A stretch of DNA of 64,000 bases from positions 3,522 to 67,521 of the forward strand of contig HF988645.1 in NCBI GenBank assembly GCA_000434675.1. Direction: 5' to 3'. The DNA comes from Faecalibacterium sp. CAG:1138 (lineage in GTDB: Bacteria; Bacillota; Clostridia; Christensenellales; CAG-917). This document shows positions 20,732-32,391 of this stretch, in pieces. Each line of letters starts with the position of its first letter. Position 1 is the stretch's first letter. The position numbers and the translations under genes are program-made. The notes under the pieces are model-generated. The model searched no databases, had not been told where the DNA came from, and worked only from the letters and a program-made list of their open reading frames with translations.

Positions 20732-21781
20732 TTATTTACGTTTGAAACTTTGTTTAGCTTTAAGCCTTCTGGTCTTGAGGGACTCGTTGATAAGAGCCCA
20801 GCTGGAACCTGCAAGGAACACGCAACTGAACATACCTGCGATAAGACCGAACATGATAGGAATGGTGAATTCTCTCATGGTGGCAACACCCAAAACAGCC
20901 AGGAAGAACACGGTGATAAAGGTGGTCAGCGAGGTCAGAAGCGTTCTGGTGAAGGTGTTTGCGACAGCCTTGTTTGCGATGTCTGCATACGGAATGCGGT
21001 TTTTGTCGTCATAGGTTCTGGTGTTTTCGCGAATACGATCAAACACGACGATGGTGTTGTTGATGGAATAAGCGATAATTGTGACGACTGCGGCAACGAA
21101 ACTGGTGTTAACCTGAATACGGAAGATGACGGTCAGAGCGACCATGATCAGAACGTCGTGCAGCATGGTGAGAACCGCAACTACGCCGCTCCACAGTTCG
21201 AAACGAATGACGATGTAAACCAAAATGAGCAAAATGCTGAGGAGAGACGCAAGGAGCGCGCTCTTCAAAAGTTTTGCGCTGGCGGTTTTGCCGATGGTGG
21301 TGCTGGTGATAAAGTTCGGATCGTTAGGATCCTTAACGTCGGTGGCGGTGGAAAAAGCAGCCGCGATGTCGGCCTTGATGGCGTCAACGAGTTCGTTGAT
21401 GGTCTGGCCTTCGCTGTTGGTTTCGGTTCCGTCGATAGGGTTGCGGAAACGAATGTCGATGCTGGATTTTTCTCTGTCCGAGCCGCTGGATTTTTGATCC
21501 TGTCCGAGTTCACAGCCGTGTTTTTCCAAAATCTCTTTGAGAATGTGAACGTTTTTGGCGTATTCTGCGCCTTCCGCGCCCTCGCCCAAGGTTACGGTGA
21601 TAAGAGTGCCGCCGGTGAAATCGATGCCGATGTTCATGCCGGAAGCAGCGCTGCCTCCACGATATGCGAACACGCTGAAAACGATGGCTGCCGTCAAAAG
21701 AACGATAACCGGAATAAGGTACCAGATTTTATGTTTGCCGACGATGTCGAAATCGACCATTTTCTGTTTGAAGTCTTTCAT
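20732..21781 (-). CDS. secF: Protein translocase subunit SecF
   Basis: 349 aa; six TM helices; immediately follows secD. Confidence 0.92.
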   Translation of the reverse strand: MKDFKQKMVDFDIVGKHKIWYLIPVIVLLTAAIVFSVFAYRGGSAASGMNIGIDFTGGTLITVTLGEGAEGAEYAKNVHILKEILEKHGCELGQDQKSSGSDREKSSIDIRFRNPIDGTETNSEGQTINELVDAIKADIAAAFSTATDVKDPNDPNFITSTTIGKTASAKLLKSALLASLLSILLILVYIVIRFELWSGVVAVLTMLHDVLIMVALTVIFRIQVNTSFVAAVVTIIAYSINNTIVVFDRIRENTRTYDDKNRIPYADIANKAVANTFTRTLLTSLTTFITVFFLAVLGVATMREFTIPIMFGLIAGMFSCVFLAGSSWALINESLKTRRLKAKQSFKRK

Positions 21782-23098
21782 TTACAGCACCTCCCCTCTT
21801 TTGAGTCCGTAGCCTTCGCCGTCCATGCTGTCGTAAGGCAAAGCCGCTTTGATGAGGAATCTGGTCACGACGAGAGCCGTAAACATGGAAACCACGATGG
21901 AGATAAGCAAGGTGATTGCAAAGCCCTGAATGCTGGAACCGCCCACGAAATACAGCACCAAAGCGCCGATGATGGTGGTTACGTTGGCATCGATAACCGC
22001 GGTGCGGCCGCGTTTGAAACCGATGTCCAAAGCGTTGATGAGGGTTTTGCCCTGCGCATATTCGTCTTTGGAACGTTCGAAAATAACGACGTTTGCGTCA
22101 ACTGCCATACCGATACCGAGGATAATACCCGCGATACCTTCCAAGGTGAGCTGCACCCACGGCAATACGCTGCAAAGGAAAACCACCAAAACGGTGTAAA
22201 CCATAAGAGCCAAGCTTGCCATGATGCCCATCTTGCGATAGTAAATGCACATGAACGCAATGATAATACCGAGGCCGATTGCGCCTGCGATGAGGCCGTT
22301 TTTGATGGCGTTTTCACCGAGAACCGGGCCGAGAACGCGGCTTTCTGCCAGGTGAAGGGTTACGCCGAATGCGCCTGCCTGAATGGAGGACGCCATTTCG
22401 TTGGCTTTGTCATAGGTATAACCGCTATTTCCGCCCTGTGTCAGCATGCCGCTGCCGGTGGAAATAACTTCGGAAACCTGAACCTTTTCCATGTAGACTT
22501 CGCCGTTGATGAGAACGGTGAATGTGCCGGTTTTGGTGCCGTTTGCGGTAAGATCGGAAGTAACCTGTTCCCAGATCTTGGTGCCCTTTTCGTTCATCTT
22601 CAGACCGACGTAATATTGATTGCCGGAAAGTTGCTGATTGTAGCCGACGTATGCGGTTTCGATGCAATCTCTGCCTTCGAGCAAAACTTTGGTGTTGTCG
22701 GAAGAATCGACGAACTGCAAGCTTGCAGGACGGTTGATAAGGTCGAACATGCTTTCAGGATCGTCAACGTCAGGAACTTCGACTCTGATTTGCGGATAAG
22801 TGCCGCTCATGTCGTAAGAAACCTTGGCTTCGGTGTAGCCTTTGGAAACCAGCATGCTGGACAAACGGTTCACTGCGCCCTGAATACGAACTTCCAGTTC
22901 GCTCTTGGACACGTCGGTGTCGGTTACGTCAAAAACTGCGCTTACGCCGCCGGAAAGATCCAGACCGAGTTTTATGGTGTTGGCATATCCGTGATAGTCG
23001 TAATCGCCTATCGGAAACTCAACAAAACTCAGCACTGCCATCAAAACGATGAACAGACCGACCAGGACGTAAGTAACAATCGATTTTGTTTTATTCAA
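21782..23098 (-). CDS. secD: Protein translocase subunit SecD
   Basis: 438 aa; N-terminal TM, periplasmic-type domain, C-terminal 5-TM bundle (GIAGIILGIGMAVDANVVIFER). Confidence 0.92.
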   Translation of the reverse strand: MNKTKSIVTYVLVGLFIVLMAVLSFVEFPIGDYDYHGYANTIKLGLDLSGGVSAVFDVTDTDVSKSELEVRIQGAVNRLSSMLVSKGYTEAKVSYDMSGTYPQIRVEVPDVDDPESMFDLINRPASLQFVDSSDNTKVLLEGRDCIETAYVGYNQQLSGNQYYVGLKMNEKGTKIWEQVTSDLTANGTKTGTFTVLINGEVYMEKVQVSEVISTGSGMLTQGGNSGYTYDKANEMASSIQAGAFGVTLHLAESRVLGPVLGENAIKNGLIAGAIGLGIIIAFMCIYYRKMGIMASLALMVYTVLVVFLCSVLPWVQLTLEGIAGIILGIGMAVDANVVIFERSKDEYAQGKTLINALDIGFKRGRTAVIDANVTTIIGALVLYFVGGSSIQGFAITLLISIVVSMFTALVVTRFLIKAALPYDSMDGEGYGLKRGEVL

Positions 23099-23146
23099 AA
23101 TATTTGCCTCCCTGGGTTGCTATGTTATCTAAAAAATAACATAAAT

Positions 23147-23175
23147 ATTATACTTTTTATATTTCTATTAGTCAA
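23147..23175 (-). promoter_or_regulatory. Sigma-A-type promoter for secDF
   Basis: Minus strand reads TTGACT-17 nt-TATAAT in an AT-rich spacer. Confidence 0.6.
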
Positions 23176-23258
23176 ATATTTTTGACTTACAATTTCCGAA
23201 ATAACCCAAGAATTGTCAAATATCGTTGTTTTGGCCTTTGCTTTTTTGAAATTTGCAG

Positions 23259-23630
23259 TCAGGCTCGCCCCTTAAGGTTCACCACGAAAGCCCCGAGCGC
23301 CATAGACGCCACTATCGGCACCACCACGTCAAACACGGTTACTCCCGAAAAACTTTTTCCGTTTGCGAAAAAGAAAGTGAGATAGCAGACCGCAGAATAA
23401 AGTATCGCCGTCGAAAGTCCTTTTAATAGCCCCTTCTCCGTTCGCTTCACCCCAAAAAACAGTCCAAGCGTCAGCGACAAAAGTTTTATGACTATTACGC
23501 CGATTTTCAAAGCCGTGTCCGAAAGGTCGGCGGCCTTTGCCACCAAGCCGAACGCCACCACTAGTACCAGCGAAATCAGAACGGCAAAAAAAGTTGCAAT
23601 AAGAATGTCGGTAAAATTTTTTCTTTCCAT
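23259..23630 (-). CDS. Small 4-TM membrane protein (YrzE/TIGR04086-like by recollection)
   Basis: 123 aa, four hydrophobic helices. GGAGG-type SD (aggaggaggaaatt ATG). Confidence 0.6.
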   Translation of the reverse strand: MERKNFTDILIATFFAVLISLVLVVAFGLVAKAADLSDTALKIGVIVIKLLSLTLGLFFGVKRTEKGLLKGLSTAILYSAVCYLTFFFANGKSFSGVTVFDVVVPIVASMALGAFVVNLKGRA

Positions 23631-23704
23631 AATTTCCTCCTCCTAAATACTATTTTTCAGAAAGGACAATTATGATTTTTCCGAATAAACAAGCGAAATC
23701 GGGC

Positions 23705-23734
23705 ATAAAAAAGCCACCGAAATTCCGGTGGCTT
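23705..23734 (-). terminator. Rho-independent terminator after yajC
   Basis: 9-bp stem aagccaccg/cggtggctt, 6-nt loop, U-tract. Confidence 0.85.
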
Positions 23735-23746
23735 CGATTTTTGTCG

Positions 23747-24166
23747 TTAGATTTTCAGATCGTCGTCTTTCTTTTCTTCGGCAGGAGCATCCTCTTTCGG
23801 AGCTTCGACTGCGGTTTCTGCAGCCGCTTTTGCCGGGGAATCCATGACGTAGCCGACTGCGTTTCTGTCAACGGTGATGTACGTCGGGCTGTCGATGCTG
23901 CCGACGTTAAGAACGATCTGGTTGTTCTCGCCGTCAATGGAAACGACTTTGCCGATCATTCTGCCGATGGTCATAACTTTGGCGCCGACCACGAGGTTGG
24001 ACATCATGTCCTGCATTTGTTTTTGACGTTTCTTTTGAGGAAGAATGGTCATAACGATCATAATAACAAAGAAAACTCCGAGCACCAGAATCATGCCGTA
24101 TTTGTCCATGAAGGAAGGATTTTTGGCGTTTTCTTCGGCTGCGAGCGTGAGAAGGTTGAAAAGCAT
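23747..24166 (-). CDS. yajC: Preprotein translocase subunit YajC
   Basis: 139 aa; one TM, then ILPQKKRQKQMQDMMSNLVVGAKVMTIGRMIGKVVSI; AAGGAG SD. Confidence 0.85.
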   Translation of the reverse strand: MLFNLLTLAAEENAKNPSFMDKYGMILVLGVFFVIMIVMTILPQKKRQKQMQDMMSNLVVGAKVMTIGRMIGKVVSIDGENNQIVLNVGSIDSPTYITVDRNAVGYVMDSPAKAAAETAVEAPKEDAPAEEKKDDDLKI

Positions 24167-24279
24167 ATTTATTACTCCTTAAAAATACATTTTTTTCTTA
24201 TAATACCTTAATTTTGCCGTTTTAGCAAGCAAAAATAACGAATATGTCTAAAATCTATCCTAAAAAGGTTAAATGAGCG

Positions 24280-24714
24280 TTAAATTCCGCCGTTTGCCGA
24301 CAAAAAAGCAACGCAAATTTTCGCGCCGTATATAAGCCACCCGCAAGTGGCTGCGGCAAGCGAAGAATAGATAAGGAAAACCACGCCGTCGGATTTCATG
24401 CTTTCGGCGTAGCCCGAAAAGGCCATTCTGACGCTTATGCCCACGTCCGACGCAAAGTCCTTAACCCGCGTTTTCACCGCTTCGAAGCTGTCGGAAAACA
24501 CACCCGAGATAAGGAGCATCGCTTCGAAAAGCACCCCCACGAGCCCCGAGAAAAACACCGCCGAAACGTAAGCTTCTTCGCCGCTTCGCCCGACGACTTT
24601 CGAGTTCATCGCCGCGTAAAGGAGCGCGAAAACCGCCGTGGGTACTCCCACTTGAAGCAGAACGATAACCCACGCTCCGTGATATGGCGATTTTCTGACG
24701 TTTTCGGTATCCAT
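24280..24714 (-). CDS. Hypothetical multi-pass membrane protein
   Basis: 144 aa, ~4 hydrophobic helices; no recognisable motif. Confidence 0.5.
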   Translation of the reverse strand: MDTENVRKSPYHGAWVIVLLQVGVPTAVFALLYAAMNSKVVGRSGEEAYVSAVFFSGLVGVLFEAMLLISGVFSDSFEAVKTRVKDFASDVGISVRMAFSGYAESMKSDGVVFLIYSSLAAATCGWLIYGAKICVAFLSANGGI

Positions 24715-24771
24715 AGTCGTTTTATTCTAATTTACGGCGTTTTTCATAACACTTTGCCGTAAATTTTTGCA

Positions 24772-26958
<2,187 letters not shown>

Positions 26959-26972
<14 letters not shown>

Positions 26973-28029
26973 TTGTTCCGCCTTCCGGCAAAAGATGTTC
27001 CTTGCCGAGATGTCTGTACGCAAGCTCCGTACAAACCCTGCCCCTCGGCCCGCGCATAACGAAGCCGAGCTGCATAAGGTACGGTTCGTATAAATCCTCA
27101 ATCGTTCCCGCTTCTTCCCCCGACGCAGACGCCAAAGTATCAAGCCCGACAGGGCCTCCGCCGAATTTGTCGATCATGGTGCCGAGGATAAGCCTGTCCG
27201 TCGCGTCAAGCCCAAGTTCGTCCACGTCCATAAGCGTCAGAGCGTTTTGGGCAACTTTCACGTCGATGGCATTTTGCCCCGCAACCTCCGCAAAGTCGCG
27301 AACGCGCTTCAGAAGTCTGTTTGCGATACGCGGCGTGCCTCTGCTGCGTTTTGCTATTTCCGCTGCCGCTTCTACGGAAATCGGCAAATTGAGAATGTTT
27401 GCGCTGCGCTTCACGATGGACGAAATTTCCTCCGTCGTGTACATTTCGAGCTTGCACATAACGCCGAAACGATCCCTGAGCGGCGACGAAAGCATACCTG
27501 CCTTGGTGGTTGCGCCGATAAGAGTGAATTTGTTCAACGTCAGCCTGACGCTTCTTGCCGACGGGCCTTTTCCGATGACGAAATCCAGGGCGTAATCCTC
27601 CATTGCGGGATACAAAATTTCTTCGATGTTGCGGTTTAAGCGATGAATTTCGTCGATAAACAAAATGTCGCCCTCCGACAAATTCGTCAGAATGCTGGCA
27701 AGGTCGCCCGCATGCTCGATGGCAGGGCCCGAAGTTACCCTGATCTGACTGCCCATTTCGGACGCGATGATATAGGAAAGCGTGGTTTTGCCCAGGCCCG
27801 GAGGGCCGTAAAGCAAAACGTGATCGAGCGGCTCTTTTCTGCTTTTTGCCGCCTGTATATAAACTGCGAGATTGCTTTTGACCTTTTCCTGACCGACGTA
27901 TTCGGACATACTGGTCGGGCGAAGCTTGTTTTCGTAGGCGTCCTGATTGTTTTTCTGCGCCCCGGTAAGTCGCTCCGAGCTGTCCGTCCTGAATTCGTCA
28001 AGATCAAATTCAAATTTACCGAATTCCAT
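26959..28029 (-). CDS. ruvB: Holliday junction helicase RuvB
   Basis: 356 aa; Walker [10 protein letters not shown], Walker B FIDEIH. Confidence 0.96.
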
Positions 28030-28044
28030 AATAATCCCCGATTT

Positions 28045-28647
28045 TTATAAGTTTTTAAGAGCAAGTCTGGCGACGTCCTCCAGTGACGAAGCTTCCTTGA
28101 TTGCCGTCGCAACCGCTTTTTCGGCCTTTGCCTTTGGCACTCCGAGCGACTGAAGCAACGAAATGGTGTCCTTTTCCACCTCGGAAAGCGGTTCGCATCT
28201 TCCGCTGTCTACGGACTTGCCTTCCGCTTCCATGGCCTCGGTCTGTTCGGCGTTGATGCTCTCCCTAAGCTCCAGAATGATGCGTTCGGCGGTCTTTTTG
28301 CCCACGCCTTTAATCTTGGAAAGCGCCTTGCTGTCGCCGGTAACTATGCTTATCGCCAACGTTTTTTCGTCCATGCCCGACAGAATCTGTAAGCTCATTT
28401 TCGGACCTATTCCGCTTATCGAAATAAGCTTCATAAAAATCGCCCTTTCTTCCTCGGTCAAAAAGCCGTACAAAACGAAAGCGTCCTCCTTGACATGGAG
28501 ATAGGTGTGCAGCTTTGCTTCTTTTGCGCCGGAAATAGCCGCAACGGTTTTTGCGGAACAAAAAATCTGATAGCCGATGCCGTTATTCTCCAAAACGACG
28601 GCGCCGAGGCTTGCGTATGTAACTTTTCCTATGATGTATGCGTACAT
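28045..28647 (-). CDS. ruvA: Holliday junction DNA-binding protein RuvA
   Basis: 200 aa; MYAYIIGKV; HhH motifs GIGPKMS and GVGKKTAERI. Confidence 0.93.
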   Translation of the reverse strand: MYAYIIGKVTYASLGAVVLENNGIGYQIFCSAKTVAAISGAKEAKLHTYLHVKEDAFVLYGFLTEEERAIFMKLISISGIGPKMSLQILSGMDEKTLAISIVTGDSKALSKIKGVGKKTAERIILELRESINAEQTEAMEAEGKSVDSGRCEPLSEVEKDTISLLQSLGVPKAKAEKAVATAIKEASSLEDVARLALKNL

Positions 28648-28655
28648 AATTTCTC

Positions 28656-29147
28656 CTAAATGTGGAACAAATCGGAAAGACGGTTGGTCTGCGCGTGGGT
28701 GAGAGCCGCCGCAAGCGCGTCCGCAGCGTCGTCCGGTTTCGGAATTTTGTCAAGCTTCAACAGCATTTTAACCATTGCCTGAACCTGCCTTTTTTCGGCG
28801 TTGCCGTAGCCGGTTATGGCCTGTTTGATCTGCATAGGCGTGTATTCGTAAAGCTTGCCCGTGTGCTTTATGCAAGTAAGCAATATCACTCCTCTTGCCT
28901 CGGCAACCGCAATGCCGGTGGTGATGTTTTTTGTAAAGAACAGCTCTTCCACGGCGATTTCGTCGGGATTATATCGCGCGAGAAGCTGCTTGGTGCAGCT
29001 CTCGATCATTGCAAGCCTGACGGGCAAACGCTCGTTTTTGGGCGTCTCGATGACGCCGTAGTCCAGAACCTCGTAGTTGCCGTGTTCGGCTTTTATCACG
29101 CCGTAACCGACGATGCCGAACCCCGGATCAATGCCCAAAATAATCAA
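28656..29147 (-). CDS. ruvC: Crossover junction endodeoxyribonuclease RuvC
   Basis: 163 aa from TTG 29147 (GGAG 9 nt upstream), giving (M)IILGIDPGFGIVGYGVI. The longer track ORF would run through the upstream terminator and promoter. Confidence 0.88.
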   Translation of the reverse strand: MIILGIDPGFGIVGYGVIKAEHGNYEVLDYGVIETPKNERLPVRLAMIESCTKQLLARYNPDEIAVEELFFTKNITTGIAVAEARGVILLTCIKHTGKLYEYTPMQIKQAITGYGNAEKRQVQAMVKMLLKLDKIPKPDDAADALAAALTHAQTNRLSDLFHI

Positions 29148-29178
29148 AACCGCACACTCCCACACTATGATATAAAAT

Positions 29179-29207
29179 ATGATATATTTAATTTTACGGA
29201 TTGTCAA
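29179..29207 (-). promoter_or_regulatory. Sigma-A-type promoter for ruvCAB-queA-tgt
   Basis: Minus strand reads TTGACA-17 nt-TATCAT. Confidence 0.5.
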
Positions 29208-29221
29208 ACTTTTTGGCGGTT

Positions 29222-29265
29222 TTTGAAAAATAAAAAGCGAAAGCGGCAAATTCGCTTTCGCTTTT
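29222..29265 (-). terminator. Rho-independent terminator after the S-component-like gene
   Basis: 13-bp perfect stem aaaagcgaaagcg/cgctttcgctttt, 7-nt loop, U-rich tail. Confidence 0.88.
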
Positions 29266-29276
29266 GTGGTTGAGCT

Positions 29277-29852
29277 TTATTTTTCGACGGTCTGATTTTT
29301 CGGCGCGGCCTTTCTCGAAACGAGTATTCCCGTATTCGACAACGCTTTCACCACGAAAACCGACAGCACTGCGCCCGCGGCCGCCGCAATAAATTGCGGA
29401 TAGCTCCAGGTGAGCGACAGACTCTTTATCATAGGCGGTTTGATGCCCGGAAGATGCGGCACGATAACCGATACCATAAACTGCATAATTCCGAATTTAA
29501 GAACCGCAGAAAGCCCGAGACCGAAATAGTCCAAAGCTTCCCTGCCGTTTCTTCTGACCAGCCAGTACGAAAGCACCATGACCGCATTGCCGAGGCCGAC
29601 GAACGGTATCAGCACCGCAAGCGGAAGCTTGCCCGTCAAAAACGCAACCAGCGGCGTTATAAAGGAAATGGCCACCGCGGAAATCGGTCCCACAGACACG
29701 ACCGCGACGTACAGCACCAGGTTCACCATCGCGCCGAGCAGCGCGGTTTTCAGAATCGGAGACAGCGGAATCAGGCTGAAAACTATCTGAAACACTGCCG
29801 CAAGCGCAATAAGCACGCCTGTTCTTGCAACGAATTTTGTTTTTTCGTTCAT
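29277..29852 (-). CDS. Small ~6-TM membrane protein resembling ECF-transporter S components (ThiW-like by eye; substrate unknown)
   Basis: 191 aa; short G/P-rich helices (ITPLVAFLTGKLPLAVLIPFVGLGNAVMVLSY). Family not confirmed. Confidence 0.6.
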   Translation of the reverse strand: MNEKTKFVARTGVLIALAAVFQIVFSLIPLSPILKTALLGAMVNLVLYVAVVSVGPISAVAISFITPLVAFLTGKLPLAVLIPFVGLGNAVMVLSYWLVRRNGREALDYFGLGLSAVLKFGIMQFMVSVIVPHLPGIKPPMIKSLSLTWSYPQFIAAAAGAVLSVFVVKALSNTGILVSRKAAPKNQTVEK

Positions 29853-29868
29853 ATATTCACCTCAAAAT

Positions 29869-30123
29869 TTATTCTATTTCAACGCTTGTCAAAGCGGATT
29901 TTACGTTGACGCGCTCGAGCCTGCCGAGCTTTCCGGTAAGAGCACTTATTCTTTCGCTTTCGCCTTTCACGATAAGGCTGATTGCGCTTATGTTGTCCTC
30001 CCTGTCGGGGATTCCCATTCTTCCCAAAATTATATCGCCGTTTTCCGACAATATTTTTTGCACTTCCATGGCAACGTCGCGGTTTCCCTCGATGACGATG
30101 CCGACAACTCCGATTCTTTTCAT
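29869..30123 (-). CDS. ACT-like small protein (TM1266-family-like, 'putative iron-only hydrogenase system regulator' type)
   Basis: 84 aa from ATG 30123 (AGGAG SD); MKRIGVVGIVIEGNRDVAMEVQKILSENGDIILGRMGIPDRE...ISALTGKLGRLERVNVK. Family assignment is from memory. The longer track ORF would include the leader terminator. Confidence 0.6.
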   Translation of the reverse strand: MKRIGVVGIVIEGNRDVAMEVQKILSENGDIILGRMGIPDREDNISAISLIVKGESERISALTGKLGRLERVNVKSALTSVEIE

Positions 30124-30140
30124 ATTATCTCCTTTTATCC

Positions 30141-30255
30141 AAAAAAAGCGACCCACGGAGGGTCGCGAAAAACCACGATAGGACAAAACGTAATTTTGCC
30201 TTGAGGTTTTTGACGCTTACTCTCCGAAAAAATCATCGATTCAGGATCATATTGT
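30141..30255 (-). promoter_or_regulatory. 5' leader with intrinsic terminator (riboswitch/attenuator candidate, class unknown)
   Basis: ~130-nt leader between the promoter and the ATG. Terminator gcgaccc-uccgu-gggucgc plus U7 at 30141-30166, only 17 nt before the SD. Confidence 0.5.
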
Positions 30256-30261
30256 GTTTTT

Positions 30262-30290
30262 ATTATACGCCGTTTGCGGCCGGCTGTCAA
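30262..30290 (-). promoter_or_regulatory. Consensus sigma-A promoter
   Basis: Minus strand reads TTGACA-17 nt-TATAAT (perfect). The -35 overlaps the TGA stop of the upstream ATPase gene. Confidence 0.7.
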
Positions 30291-31363
30291 GAAATCGTAA
30301 GGCTTCCTTCGCTTAATACGTCGAACAAATTTATGCCCGCGCTTTCCACCGAAAGCGTAAATTCGCCCCCAAATTTTTCGTCGGTTTCGACAAAAACGTC
30401 TCCAAGTTCCGTTTCGATTTTTCCGATATATTTGCCACTTTTTGACGAAAATTCGGAAAAACGATAGGTATTTCCGCCGTTTTCCGTCGCAGAAGAAGAC
30501 ACGATTTTAACGCCCGAATATCTGAAACCGACGATAACTTTTTTGCCGATATAGTCCTCGGACAGCAAATCTTCAGGCGTTTTTGCAAGCGTAATATTTT
30601 TGCCGAAAAGCGTAACGAAAAGCTTGCCGCCATCTGCGCAAAGCGTGGCTTCGACCTTGTTGTAATCGCCGAAAGCCTCGGCAACAACCACGAAATTCGG
30701 CCGATAATACATATCCTCCATGCTCCCCGTCTGCTTGACCTGTCCAAAGTTCAGAAACACCGCCTCGTTTGCAATTTCAAACGCTTCCCCGATATTTTGG
30801 GTGGCGTAAACGACGACGCCGCTTTTTTTAAGCGCGGCCTTTTTCATGCGCAAAAAAGCTTCGCCCGACGCTTTTTTCGAAAAGCCCGCCGTAGGATCGT
30901 CCAGAAGCGTAAATTTTGCGTCCCTCAAAAACAGCCTTGCAAGCGCAACCGTGCGCTTTTGGTCCTCCGTGAGGCGTTTCGCCTTAAACTCCAGAACGTC
31001 GTAAAGCCCGAAGTCAAGCGCCACCGAGTCCACTTTCGGTTTGATTTCCGAAAACTTTTCGCCCCGAATTTTCAGCGGATAAGCAAGGTTTGAAAAGACG
31101 GTTTTGTTTTCAAAAACGCTGAAATTTTCGAAAAAAAGCTGAATGTCCCTGCATTCGGCGGGGATATTCTGCAACTTTTCTCCGCTTAGTAGCACTTCGC
31201 CGGAAAAGCTTTCGAGGCCGGCTATGCACCTTAAAAGCGACGTTTTGCCGCTTTTTTCGGCGCCAACGACGGCAATAACCCCGTCCGTTTCCAAACTTAC
31301 GTCGGACAGTGCTTTTTCGCCCGACGGATATTTAAGATTAAGTTTTTTTACCTCAAGTTTCAT
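30287..31363 (-). CDS. MalK/UgpC-like ABC ATPase with degenerate catalytic motifs (probable pseudo-ATPase)
   Basis: 358 aa; Walker A GAEKSGKTS is intact. Q-loop FFE (Q->E), signature LTEDQ (LSGGQ), Walker B LLDDP (DE->DD), H-loop YATQNI (H->Q). C-terminal MalK-like regulatory domain. Confidence 0.8.
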   Translation of the reverse strand: MKLEVKKLNLKYPSGEKALSDVSLETDGVIAVVGAEKSGKTSLLRCIAGLESFSGEVLLSGEKLQNIPAECRDIQLFFENFSVFENKTVFSNLAYPLKIRGEKFSEIKPKVDSVALDFGLYDVLEFKAKRLTEDQKRTVALARLFLRDAKFTLLDDPTAGFSKKASGEAFLRMKKAALKKSGVVVYATQNIGEAFEIANEAVFLNFGQVKQTGSMEDMYYRPNFVVVAEAFGDYNKVEATLCADGGKLFVTLFGKNITLAKTPEDLLSEDYIGKKVIVGFRYSGVKIVSSSATENGGNTYRFSEFSSKSGKYIGKIETELGDVFVETDEKFGGEFTLSVESAGINLFDVLSEGSLTIS

Positions 31364-32346
31364 TCTTTATTTTCGGCGGACATAACTGCGCCGTAATACT
31401 CTTTTTCGGACGTAATATATTCGCTTAAAATCTCGGAATCGTACTCCGTAACGTCAACGTGGCCGTAGGTGTTTTCACCGATAACAAGTTCCATAAGCGT
31501 GAAATTTTTGACGAAGCTGTAGCCACCGATTTTAAGGCCTATCATATAGTCCACGTCGTTTCTTATAGCTTCCGCCCTTGCACCGGTTTCGTGTTTGTCC
31601 ACAACTTCCGCGCCTTCGCCTTTAAGGCCGTACCAAACCTCGGCCAGCATGTTTTTGGCGTCGAAGCGGCAGGCAAAGTACACCAGCGGGCAGTCCTTTC
31701 TTTCAAAGTCCCCCACTCGCAGTTCAAGCAGCTTGCCGTCGTAAGGATTCATTTCGTACTTGGTCATAGGCGGTACGATATTCAGCTTTTTTCTGACGGT
31801 GGTGAAATCGGTTTTATTGCTGACTTTGGTGTATTTGACGGTTTCGCTGTAGTCTTTTTTCGTGACGATGCGATCGTTTTCCTTCGCGAATCTGAAGCCG
31901 GTAGGCTTGCCGGTATAATTCAGAACGATTTTGCCGAAGTTCTTTTGGTTTACGCCGAGCCTGTCGCCGTGCTCGCCGTCAAAGTCGTATTTGACGTAAG
32001 CGATAAGCCCCGCTTTTTCTTCGTCGGTGCTCTCTTCGAGAGTGATTTTAACCTCTTTGCCGTAAAGCTCGGTTTCTTTGTCGGCGTAGAAATAATAACC
32101 GTAGCCGTCGTCTTTTACGACGAGATAACTTTTGGCGCCGTAATCCTTGAGAAAATCTATTTTTTCCGCCTCATCTTCGCCCTCTTTTACGGGGTAAGTT
32201 CTGGTGTAAGTCGTCAGCTCGTAAGTGCCGTAGACGTCTTCTGCCGCCGCGGGATTGACTCTATAACAGCCCGTAAACAGCACCGCAAGCGACGCCACAA
32301 GAACCGTCAAAAGAACGACGGAAGTCATTTTTTTCGATAATTTCAT
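31360..32346 (-). CDS. Lipoprotein of unknown function
   Basis: 328 aa; signal peptide with lipobox LFTGC (Cys27). ATGA stop/start overlap with the ATPase gene. Confidence 0.75.
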   Translation of the reverse strand: MKLSKKMTSVVLLTVLVASLAVLFTGCYRVNPAAAEDVYGTYELTTYTRTYPVKEGEDEAEKIDFLKDYGAKSYLVVKDDGYGYYFYADKETELYGKEVKITLEESTDEEKAGLIAYVKYDFDGEHGDRLGVNQKNFGKIVLNYTGKPTGFRFAKENDRIVTKKDYSETVKYTKVSNKTDFTTVRKKLNIVPPMTKYEMNPYDGKLLELRVGDFERKDCPLVYFACRFDAKNMLAEVWYGLKGEGAEVVDKHETGARAEAIRNDVDYMIGLKIGGYSFVKNFTLMELVIGENTYGHVDVTEYDSEILSEYITSEKEYYGAVMSAENKE

Positions 32347-32391
32347 ATTTCGCCTCCATAAATTAAGGTTGCTTTTTTCTTTGCCATATAT

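Noticed and set aside
20729-23185. 818-aa plus-strand ORF, and similar long ORFs at 211-1557, 3794-5230, 11184-13190, 35808-37286, 60235-62028 and 62473-63726.
   Set aside because: All lie antisense to genes with unmistakable homology (secDF, rny, rimO, pnp, pgi, dnaK, hrcA). Their translations are low-complexity (R/F/V/G-rich) and they have no SD. These are shadow ORFs produced by codon bias.
26973-27143. Upstream extensions of queA. The same applies to pnp 13134-13172, ruvC 29148-29249, the ACT-like gene 30124-30186, hpf 37940-37966, ribU-tsaE 50318-50344, rsmE 58063-58089 and murF 47571-47651.
   Set aside because: The extensions encode atypical R/C-rich peptides, overlap upstream genes or terminators, and lack an SD. 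Internal starts with an SD or stop/start coupling give canonical N-termini.
30141-30255. Leader resemblance to glycine (GGAGAG...CUCAAGGCAAAA) or THF-I (GGAGAGUA..GCGU) riboswitches.
   Set aside because: Only short stretches match. The leader is too short, and the other conserved helices and junction nucleotides are missing. It is left unclassified pending an Rfam scan.
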